This document shows, piece after piece, positions 24,479 through 36,400 of a stretch of DNA of 64,000 bases. Under the pieces are notes generated by a model that was not told the DNA's origin, did no database searches, and saw only the letters and a list, made by a program, of their open reading frames with translations. The translations under genes were made by a program, and so were the position numbers. Source of the DNA: Podarcis pityusensis (Eukaryota); assembly GCA_964106645.2 (NCBI GenBank), contig OZ067042.1. The stretch is one strand, 5' to 3'. Numbering within the stretch: position 1 is the stretch's first letter; each line of letters begins with the position of its first letter.

Positions 24479-27400
24479 CTGTAGAAAAGGAGGAAATACA
24501 CTAATGAAGGGTTATATCAAATGAAGCCCTAAGTAACGTATAAATGCATATACAGCATTATTCCCATGCTAACAGCAGGTACTATTTTTTAATCACCTGT
24601 CATCAGCCACTTAGTGATTAATAAGCATGGATCTTTGTGTCTTGTGCTTGAAGTGCCAAACTATGACACTATACACTTAAAATGAATACCTGAATACCTA
24701 GGAAAACCAGATTTCAATAGTTGCAAATACTAGTACAATTTCAAATACTACTCTTTTACATAATGTGAAATCACAGATATTTGCACATTTTTAATATGCT
24801 AGGAGACAAAAACCAAACCTACTACTCTTTCTCCCTCTTCTTTCCCTCTCCCTCCCCTCCCCTCTCCCTCCCACATACACACTTTCAATGCCAGGGCTGG
24901 CAAGAAAATAATATAACTGAAGCAATATTTCAATTTCTTGAAGTTCTTTTGGGTGTTATCTTCCAAATGTGTGACAGTATCCATTGGCTCCAAAGGATAT
25001 TGATTATATTGTTCCTCTTGCAATGTGGCTTGACTAAAGAACCAAAGTGGGGTCTCCAAGTAAACAGTCGGTGTCTCTTTAAGGCTTGTTTTTTGATGGA
25101 AGTGGGTATTCATCATATAAACATATGAAGAGCCCTGCTGGATCAGGCCACAGTCCAGCATCTTATTTGCACAGTGACCAACCAAGATCTGAGTACAACA
25201 GCACTCTCTCCGCTTCTGATTCCCAGCAGTTGGAATTGGGAGGCATGCTGCCTCTTAATAGTGGAGGGGAACATAAGCCATCAACAGCTCTATTTTTCAT
25301 GTATTTTTCTAATCTTGTTTAAAGTCATCTGAGTTGGTGGCCATCACTACCTCTTGGGGGAAGAGAGTTCCATGCACTGTGTGAAGTACTTTCTTTGTGT
25401 TTGTCCTGAATCTTCCAACATTCGGCTTCATTAGAACCCAAGAGTTCTAATATTACAACAGGGGAAGAAAAAACTTCTCCCAACCCAGTTTCTCCATGCA
25501 ATGCCTAATCTTATACACCTCTTTCACAGGGATGGGGAACCTCAGGCCCAGGATCCAAATACAGGCCTCTGTGTGGCCTTCATAACACCCTCCAGGCCAC
25601 AGCACCTCCATGGTTAGGCAAAGTTTAATAAAGTGCAGTTTGTCTGGTTGCACAAGCAGGCCTCGCTTTGCCCACACAACAGATTAGTTGAATCCCGACC
25701 AGAATTAGAAAAACCTTTACCTTTTTAAGAACGCTGTGTATTTCATCCATAACTGTAGCCAAACTTTTGATTGTCTTATTCAGCTGCCCCTCAAACTGCA
25801 AATTTGTATCTTCTGATGCCTTCAAATTCTCTTGTAGCTGGCCAGCATCTTTTTTGACTTCTTTAAGTTCTGCAGACAGACCTTTATTCAGATTCTCCAA
25901 ATTCAATATAGTCTTTTCATCTTCATCTGAAAACCCCAAAAAAGATTTTAAAACACTTAATCTTTTACTTTCAGTTTTTCTATATTCCTTCAATCATTAC
26001 AGAACAAGCAGCGTTAAAGATGCCATGTACCTTATTCAGCTGTATCACCTAGCAGAGCTAGTAATGTGATTTGGTAAGATGTGTCCTCTTTATTCAGGCC
26101 AGAAGACCTGAGTATTCATACACTCCACCCAATTCATAGGAATTGTAATTGTTCGGCTTTAAAGTATTTTTCTGTTTTAATAATAAACCTTTCTGAATGT
26201 GTGAAGCAATAATTCAAATCTCACTCTCTCACCTGTCTTTTCTTCTAGTGACTGAAGCTTTTGTTCCATCTCAGCTCGGGCTTTTTCACTCTTCTCTAGT
26301 TTCTGCAAGAGACTCCCTACATCCACCATAGCTCCATTGTAAACAATGAGGCCAACGTTTTCTTCTGAGCTTCTTGGTTCTTGTTTAATAGCAGGTGATG
26401 GTAGCAGCAGCCTGTTTCCTATAGGGGGTTAAGAAATATCATTAAAATCAACGTCACCACCAGACATGTCTGGTGAGTTTCAAGACTCCTACAGTAGAAA
26501 ATTAGCAAAGTCCCACGTTTTCTCAAGAATTCCAGTGTACTCGCATATTCCAAGAGTGAAACAAATGTTTCCCTCCCCCACATCCTCAGTCCCAACATAA
26601 GGAGCAAAATTCCCACTCAAAAAACTTTCAGATTGTCCATAGTGTTGAGATCGTCATGTTGGCAAAATATGGAAAAAACAGGATGGGATCCAAATGTGCC
26701 GTGTGCAAGCACACACAGACTTCTGCTCATTCAAAATGGTCCCCATTCTGAATTTCACTGCTGCAGTCTTTACTACCTACCACATTGAAGAAAGAGTACA
26801 TGCTATTAAAGTGACACAGGTAGAAGATATTTCACCATACATAATAGTAGACATGTCTTCATAGCTAACAAAATTGTGTCACCTAGCATTTCTTCCTGTG
26901 GAGTTTCAATTTCTTCTTGATTTTCTTCATCTTTAGAAGTATCCGTCAGTTTTCTATAAAAGCAAGATTCACGAAGCACCACCTTATTAAGCAGCTTCTT
27001 AACCTAAGATAGCAGGAGACCAAATTCACATTAATGGTTTGCTCAACAAAGGCATGATTCTCATGCATAATATAAGCAATACATTTTTACAATACCTTAA
27101 AAAGGCAAAAAAAAATCAAATCTCAAAGCTTGAAATATTTTACAGCAAGAGAGTAATTTTACGTAAATTATTGACAATAAAATTCTTCTGTATGCATGTG
27201 GACTTCAATCATTTATCATTTTTTTCGTCATGAACACCCCCTTGTTTCCTCCCTTTTCTCTAGCAAAGAAAATACAGATGTATAAAAAGTGACTGGACAA
27301 GTCTTATTTCTCTTTATTATACTGCGGTTAATCAGAGGGAAAAAACCCAGAGTGATGCAGACTGAGCGCTGCAAGGCCTTCCCTTTTCTTCATTCCCATA

Positions 27401-30400
27401 CAGCTTTAGCAACAAACCTGAGCTCGTGAGAGATGCAGTCCAAGTGTGTACAGTATCTCTTCCAAATCCTTTTCTAGAAGGTATCCACAATGGCATTGAT
27501 CAAAATAAACGAAAGCCATCAGAAGATCGCGGTTAACAGTTATCATCTGTGTTTTGTCTCTTTCCTAAAAAACACATTTTATAACAATAAGGCTTTCCCC
27601 CCTTTTTTATTATCCATTAGTTATTTCAGTATTAGAAAATATGTACAGTACAGCTTCCTTAAAGGCATGTGCATATATATAAATTTTCTAAAGCGCTACA
27701 ACACTAAGTACTTTCATAGATGGTTATACAATTTATGAGGACAAGAGATAGGAGCAGCAGGATCTGACAGAAGTTGTTTCCAGAAGTTAGTTCCCACACT
27801 GATTACAGGTCAGAGCTACTAGTATATTACATAATATGGAGAGAGTTTTCACCTCAATTGGTTTTTGACACTATCTCCAGTAAACAAACCCTTCAGGAAA
27901 CAGAACTTAAGACTGATGAAGACAGTTTTGGCAGATAGGCTATTCCTTCCCAGTTCTCTAGCATCTTCATCGATTCACAGTTAGAAACTCACAGCACTAA
28001 ATACCTTATCTTTAGAAGCTCTCTCTTTGCAATGCCGGTTTCCCTCTCTTCTGTCATCTCGTCTGTTCATTTCCTCATCATCCCTATCTATGGAAACAAA
28101 CATTACCTTCAGCATATTCATATTACATTAGCGCTTTATACTGCTATTATACATACAGTGGTGCCCCGCAAGACGAATGCCTCGCAAGACGAAAAACTCG
28201 CTAGACGAAAGAGTTTTCCGTTTTTTGAGTCGTTCTGCAAGACGAATTTCCCTATGGGCTTGCTTTGCAAGACGAAACGTCTTGCGAGTTCTTGCGAGTT
28301 TGTTTCCTTTTTCTTAAAGCCGCTAAGCCGTTAATAGCCGCTAAGCCGCTAATAGCCGTGCTTCGCAAGACGAAAAAACCGCAAGACGAAGAGACTCGTG
28401 GAACGGATTAATTTCGTCTTGCGAGGCACCACTGTATCTTAGAATGAAGATGCACATAGCTCACGTGATGCTAAGGGCATCTTACAACATAGAAAGAAAC
28501 AGCAGAAGTTCTGTTAACACGCATGTGCCAAAGATATTATTTCTCTTCTGGACCACTTTGGTTCAATAATCTTAAGTAATAATTGTAGTTTTATAGATTG
28601 GATCTTCACATCAAAAGGTATAGAAGTATTGTACACAGTCTGTTACTCACTGCAAATTCACTAGTGTAAATCAACACACATAACTGAGGGCTCTACAGTT
28701 TTGCCTTTGTCTGCACCTGCCACCTTTTAATTAGAGTAATCATCCCCATATACCATCATCTTCATCTTCAGCATCCTCTGCTTCCATTGGATCGTATTCT
28801 TCCTGGTTATTGTCATCTTCCATTTCATCTTCATCTTTAGCATCATCCTTCCTCTTATCTTCTCTCTGTAATTAGTTCACAAATATTAACACAATCCAAC
28901 TATTGGCAGCAGTAATTAAAAAACCTTCAACCACACAAATTGGGGGTGATATCCAACTGTGTCTGCCCGACTGAGTAATCCGTTTCTGCTTGTGTAATGT
29001 CCCTTCTTCTCCTCTACCCTGTTCTCCTTTGTATATCTCTAAATCCACTCTAGAAGAACCCTTAGCCCTCTGGAGCAGATTCTGGAGTTCACAGAGAGGA
29101 GAGGAAGGGGGAGTCCATTCATAAAACACTGGATCTCACCCTTGGTGCAAAAGTTTCTAAAACAAATCACAGAGATCTGGGATTCAATCCCATTCCCCTA
29201 GCAAGAGGATGTGAAAACGGATGATGATATTGCTTACGTTTCTGTATTTCCTATTTGCCCTGAAGAGTGAACCAACAATATCAGAAAATTATGAAGCTGA
29301 AGCAGTGCTCCAGTTGTTGTCATTGTCTGGGGTAGGGGAGGATTTATTTTTTTCATGTAACAATTTGGACTCCTTGTAAGGGGAAGAAATCAGTTATAGA
29401 ATTCCTATCAGGCAAGATCTGATAAAATTAAGCAGCATGAGAAATAAAATTAAAACTGATGAAATGTAGTAACAAGCCCTTCCTCCACAAACCGTTCTTA
29501 ATCCATCAGCTGATTAGTTCTTTCTTCTAATGGCCACTAACCTTCCTGTCATCCCTCTCATCTTTTCTTTCTCTCTCATCTCCAGATTTTCTTCTTTTAG
29601 GCTTTGGGTCATCATTTTCATCATCTCGTTCTTCCTTTTTCTCTTTCTTCTCATCTTTTTTGTTCTTTTTATCTTTTTTATCTTCCTTATCTGGAAGCGA
29701 CAAGAGGGATCTGTATATTCGGACACCAAAGTCCCTTTGAAGCATTTCATTGAAAAGTTCAGCAAATAATGAAACCTGCACAGGAAGCAACAAACTAGAA
29801 TTAACAAAGCACCGAAACAGAATTACAAACAGTACACTCGCATAATCTTGTTAAAATGTAATTAACAGTACACTCTGTTTGTACTTTCGTGCATTTCATT
29901 TCCTTCTACCTCACTGTGTACTATGCCCCACCCTCAATATACCTACAACTCAGGATAACACTTTATACATCTGAAAAAATGGACTACGGTCCATGAAACC
30001 TCATGCCATAATAAATTAGTTTTTAACATGCCACAAGACTTTTTGCTGGTTTTGCTAGAAGTGATTAACACCTGAGAAAAGTTACACAATATTCAACTTC
30101 AATACAAGCAATAATATCAAAATCCCTGTTCGTTAAAAGAATGCAGAAATAAAAAATTAACCTTGCACTTGAAATTCTGCAGTTTTGCTTAAACAAAATT
30201 CTAGTGAGGAAATTCACCATATCCTCATTTTACAGAAAGGCAGGCTGAAGTTACAAAATATGGAGTTGCCCAACTATATCCCCTGATTCCATGGCAAAGT
30301 TCAATTTTCTTATAAAGTAGGCCCCACTTGAAGATCACTAAGCCACCACATGTATGGTGCCATGCTACAGTAGAAGAGAGGGATATAATTGTCATAATTT

Positions 30401-33400
30401 ATTTACTGTAACAGGAGCACAGAAGTCTAGCTTCGTGCAAATCCAATTCAAATGAATGGAGGCTTCACAGCTGTACTGCTGGTAAACAGTGTCCTTTTTT
30501 CTTAATCTGACGTAAGTAATTGAGCTGGCCCTGTCTCATCACAGAACCAAGATGAGGGCATAAAATCAAAAGCTTGAAGCCAGAGAGGCTGCACTCTTAA
30601 GAGAACAGGGGAACCTTTATTAATTGTATCCAATGTCGTGTGATCAGAAGGGTGATCACGCAAGCAGTTATTCAGAAATAGTGAGGGGAGAAAGTTAGGT
30701 GAAGAGATGACCTCAAAAGAATGCTCTTTGTTATCCTCCAGCCTGTAATCCAGAAGAACACTAAGTGACATAATACTGCAGTCAAACTTTCCGCTTTTGG
30801 CTGCCCAGTTAGGATGCACAATGATTGCTGGCTCATCAGGCAAGATGTATCGCCTCTCTCGACGTTGGCGTTCCACTTCCTCTAAGCGTTTCCTTTCTTC
30901 TTCCTAAAGATTTGAAAAAAGGAATTTGGAGTGGAGACGTCAGAGTATGAACTTCAAATATTTACTTCTTGAGGAGGGTGAAAAGGCAGGGGGAGTGGGA
31001 GAGCCACATACTCAGTTGTTTACTGGACACTTCTATTCCCTTCCCCTATGTGAATGTTATATGCATGCTAGCGAGGACACTCCATGACAGAACCTGGAGA
31101 GTCAGCCTAGCGTGGGAGTGACTGGCGAGACCCAGGTTCAAATTTTCACTCAGTGATCAAGATCCTCGGGTCAATTTCTCTTACCCTAAGACACCTAAGA
31201 TTAAGGAGATGAGAGATGATGTATTCTGCATTTGAGGAAAAGGAGAGCATATTTCTTCTCTACAAAGCGAAGGCCTAACCAGCACTACGTTGTGCTGGAA
31301 ATTTATTTAACTCTAATGTAACTTAACAAGCCCTGTTATTTAGTGTTCTTAGCACTAGCAATGTTTATTGCAACAAGGAAGATGCACATACAAATAGAGA
31401 TGTAGACATAAATGGCTTAGCAGCTCCTTCCCATGCTACTGCCACCTTTCCTCAGGGGCTAGGTAACACTGGGGACAAGACCCTGTAGCTTTTGGATTGG
31501 TATGGCAGTAAGTTATGAGAAAGCAGCCCCCAACAACTACAATATGCATGCGTAAGATCAGTCCTTACTCTTATTATGAAGATCTTCCTATCACACACAA
31601 ACACACCTGAAGTTCAGCTTAATAATGAACTAAACGTTTACTAATGAACATTTTCTACCTAAGTAAATCCACTAGACTTCTACCTCTTTGTCATCTTCAG
31701 ACTTCCTCTCTTCCTCCTCTTCATCTTCCTTTTCAGACTTCTCCAATTCTTTCTGTTCTTCCTTCTGCTCTTCCACTTTGAGTTGCTTTGTTAGTCGGGC
31801 TATCAGCTGGGATTTCAAGCCCTTTGAGCTAAGAGTTCGGCTTTCTAATTCTTTGCGTAAGTCATTAACCTAGTTGATAAATATTACAGTGAGCATTCAA
31901 TTCACAATTTAGTATTTATATAATCAAACCTATTCAGAGACAAGCACATCTCAAATTACTGAAATATAAGGCAAGCAAAACTTGGCAAAAATCACAAAGC
32001 TTCATTTTTTATAAATTCATGATAGATTTTCCCCAGTGATTTGTATCAGTAATTTTAATAGATTTCACTCATTTAAAAAGATCAAAGCAACACAAATTCT
32101 CAATAACTGTACTACCTTCAGAAAAGAAACAATACTGCAATATTTACTAGACTTTGTAATGTAATGTAACGCTGAAGTCTTCAGCTATGGTTACCTTCAT
32201 TGCCTTTGGGTCAAGTTTGGACCAATGAGTAGGAGTAGAAATCTCTTTTGCTTCCCCATCATCCTTCTCCTCTTCATCCTAAAAAATGAAATAAAGTCAT
32301 CATCCTTCAGAAAGCTTCAAAATGAATATGATTCTTTCTTAAATTCTGCAGCTGACCTGGGCAAGGCCACAACTGTTTCATCAGACAGTCTTCTCCTAAA
32401 GTTACCATTTCAACAAAGCCACATACACACATTCTACTAGTTTATAACAGTGCCTCTCTCATCAGCCAATAAGAGCCATCTCTGTGAAACACAAAAGGGT
32501 GATAAAGAACAACAACACAAAAATCACCGGGGACACACAGACACTGCTGGTCACCACCAACCACACAGTGTATGATATCCCCCAATTTTCAAACCACCCA
32601 AAATACTCCTCATTTTGTTAGACCTTTTTACATTTACCAAGTTGCCAATCAGCCAGATAAGATTCTTTTAGGCTATGTTATTTCAATGTCTTGCCTATTT
32701 CAAAGTACCATTATTAATATTATTTTTTAAAAGGCTAACACATGGGAGAAAAAATAAAAGTTTTTTGTTTTTTGGTAGAACGGCAAAATGCTTAACACAA
32801 CTTTTAAAACTGAAATCTTAACTCAATAACTGGTCCCAGATTCCAGCAACTAGTTCTAAGATTACAAAGATTTGTGCATGGAGTGCACAGCTTAAATTCC
32901 ACTTGTTGCATCAGTATACACTTAAGTTGGTACACTAGCTGTAATTAAACACAAGTAAGTTCTACACTGCTGAAAGCTGGTTTACCAGTCATTGTTACCA
33001 ATTATGTTCCTCCTAGGTATGTTTGCGGTGTAGCATGTGGTGTGCATTTTGTGCCTGTGTTCCTGCGCCNNNNNNNNNNNNNNNNNNNNNNNNNNNNNNN
33101 NNNNNNNNNNNNNNNNNNNNNNNNNNNNNNNNNNNNNNNNNNNNNNNNNNNNNNNNNNNNNNNNNNNNNNNNNNNNNNNNNNNNNNNNNNNNNNNNNNNN
33201 NNNNNNNNNNNNNNNNNNNNNNNNNNNNNNNNNNNNNNNNNNNNNNNNNNNNNNNNNNNNNNNNNNNNNNNNNNNNNNNNNNNNNNNNNNNNNNNNNNNN
33301 NNNNNNNNNNNNNNNNNNNNNNNNNNNNNNNNNNNNNNNNNNNNNNNNNNNNNNNNNNNNNNNNNNNNNTTACAGAGCCTAGATCACTGTAGCACATCAA

Positions 33401-36400
33401 GTAAAGCAACTTTGCTGCGACAACCTGAATTTTTTCTAAAGAAAAAAAATATGAAAGCCATATGTTCTCTTTGAAAAACTTGTGTACAATGCATTATAAG
33501 ACATCTGCTAGGGAATAAATTTTAAAAAGCTGGAGGCAATTGTTTTTGCACTTGGCACTAAAATGTGCCATTTCATCTGACTTGGGAGGAAATAAAAGAT
33601 AAAAGTTGAACTCTTTTTTTTTGTATTTATTGTTGGAAGGTACTTATTCACAAAGCGATCGACAACTGATTAACACAAGTAGTAAATCGACCAAGAGAAA
33701 ATATGGCTGCCCCAAACATCTAATTATTTATAAACACGAGAATAATGAAATGAAGTTTCCTTGGCGATCTCCTCCAGCTATGCGTGAAATGAAAGAATAT
33801 TTTAACATACAAGCATTGCAAAGTTCAAACAACAAATACAAACACATTATTTAAAGTTCATTGTTCTTCAAACCTTTTGGCACCAAAATCACATTTGCGT
33901 TGTCAACTAGGATATCACTTTGAGTAGTTTGCTTGCACAGCTACTACCAGCTGCTGATAAAGAAGTGGTTGATTTTGCCCAAATCATTTCCATGAGGATT
34001 TTAAGCATGCTGCTATTTCATCAAAATGTTTTTAAGAATGTAGTACTTACCATTGTGTGCATACACTTAAATCAATCCCTGTTAGAGCCCTGCAACAACG
34101 GATGGCAGTTTTAATCAGCACAGATGGGTCCTTCTCTGGCTCAGGTCCATCCAGTGAGGGAGACCAGTGTCCACCAATAGCCATGGCTTCATCTTTACCT
34201 TTCATACCCACTAAAAACTAGAGAAGAAAAGGCTACTTAGCACTTCCCTTCCAAGAAAAAAAAGATTATCCAAACTGCAAAAAAAAGGGTAGAATCCTAT
34301 GCTGCAATGATTTCCGACTGTTCAACTGGACTCCACTTTCTTCTTCTGAATGCCCTACAGCAGGCTTCTTCAACCTCGGCCCTCCAGATGTTTTTGGCCT
34401 ACAACTCCCATGATCCCTAGCTAGAAGGACCAGCGGTCAGGGATGATGGGAACTGTAGTCTCAAAACATCTGGAGGGCCGAAGTTAAAGAAGCCTGCCCT
34501 ACAGTCTCCCAAAACCCTGAAGAGTGATGAAGTCCACTCTGCATTGGATACAACCCATTAAAATTACACATACCTGTTTGTCAGTTTACATGTCATCACA
34601 AGCAGTTATCCCTAATCTGCAAGAATGACAGCACAATTCTATACATGACTACCATGGGCATAATCCCAGGTAAGTGAATACAGTTTTGCAGCCTAAGTCT
34701 TGCTCAAGAATGAGTTCAGTTTTGTTTTTCCACATTGCATTTCAGTAATGGAATAGGTTTAAACATCATTACTCATTCATTCTGCAAGACTTCGGAACAG
34801 TTTGTCATCATATAAAAATGCTATAAACAACAGATTAAAATAATATTCTGTACTGTAAAATCAGGGGCTTATAGAATTGTTCACTGACATAACCTTGAGA
34901 GTTTAAAAGTATTTTAGCCAGAAACATAAGAAGGTATTTTCTTGAAAGTAGGTTCCAATGGAGAAAAGGAGAACTTGCTTCACAGTAAATATGCATAGGA
35001 TTATACTGATGGTTTCACGGTGTCTATGGGAAACCCCCCTCCCATTTCTCTCAAGGTGATGTTATTTGCTTTCAAGACACAAAAAACACCTTACTAGCTT
35101 GGATCTAAAGATTCTGTTGTGTGAACAAAGTCTCACGGAAGATCCAGAGCAGTTTGGGAGCAGGGGGAATTGGCAATAACCTTCTCTCCTCCTGCTCACG
35201 CACAAGGAAAGAGCTTTCTCAAATGCAACAGATCTAAGTTCATTTTTAAAAATGAAACTAGTCCTGTGAATGGTTTGGAAGACCACATGCTTCAGCAGTG
35301 CTGAAAGCAAAAAACATACAAACCATGTTAATAATTTGGATGGGAGACTACAGGGGGCCTCCTGTAAGAATAATATATAAAACACATTTCAAAAGTAATT
35401 ATTTGTGTCCATAAAGGAATTCTATGTCCCCAACCTAAAGAAAACTATGTGGAAAGCTTGTACTTGCATCAATTTTCCAGCAAAATTTTTAAGTTTATGT
35501 TTGTTTGCTAGAAACGCATATTTTTACCTTTATGAGTCTAGCGGGATGTTGAAAACCATCCCGGAGCTCTTGTGGATCTTCAGCAAGAGCACATGATTTG
35601 TGATAGAGATCTTCCATGCTAGGACTGGCCATGAGCATCACCTGTTAAAGTAATATGACCAAAAAAAAAAAAAAAAAAAAAGACAAGACAAGACAACGTA
35701 ATGAAGCTATGATTCAAAGCTTGGTATCTTACACTTAACTGCTAAACTCAATAGGACTAGAATAATGCATAAAGTCAAAAAAAGATACACCTATCTTGAA
35801 GGGTTAAATATCCAAAAATATCAATGAAATCATCACTTGATTTTAAATTCCTAACAGCATCTAACATGTCCAAAGCACAAAATAAGACTTGTGTAAATTA
35901 GCAAGTAGCCTGCAAATCCAAAGCTTCTTGAATTGCCACATACAGTTCGTTGCAATCTTGCCAAGATTTTATGCACAAACAACATGAATCAAGGGCCCAA
36001 CTAAAGAATCCCTGGGAAGATGTCACCCACTCTGGAAAAAAATAGTTGAAACCGAATCTGGTCCAACTGAGCTTACTGTTCAGTCAACAAAGGTTGCAAC
36101 AAAGGCAACATCACTGAAAACCTATGCACAGAAGACAATGGGAATCCCTTCAAAGAAGCATTTCCAAACATTTCTATGCAAGCAGGAATGATTTAGGTTG
36201 TTAGACATACCTTTGCACTGTAAAGATGATCAGCATCTGGTGGATCCAGTACAGAAGTGTTCTTATCCAAAGGATCTACCTCTCTATGCATTACATAGAA
36301 ATTGCAGTAGTTTCCTAGCTGAAATGGTCTTGACATAGGAAATGCATCCACCCATGTAAACTGAGCATCAAAGAAGTCACTTGGGATGTACAAGTTCTGA

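Noticed and set aside
28156-28434. Repeated GCAAGACGAA motifs as a CRISPR-like array
   Set aside because: Eukaryotic intron; 10-bp repeats in both orientations, bounded by TIRs and a TA TSD, so a MITE
32306-32384. CTGATGA...CTGA on the minus strand as a second C/D snoRNA
   Set aside because: No terminal stem, no recognisable rRNA guide, and only about 28 nt from the acceptor, overlapping the branch region
33002-33474. ORFs spanning N runs (also 10455-10657)
   Set aside because: Artefacts of translating through assembly gaps
32278-34051. CCAR1 pseudogenisation suggested by the frame break between exons 13 and 15
   Set aside because: All other exons are intact and the break coincides with an assembly gap
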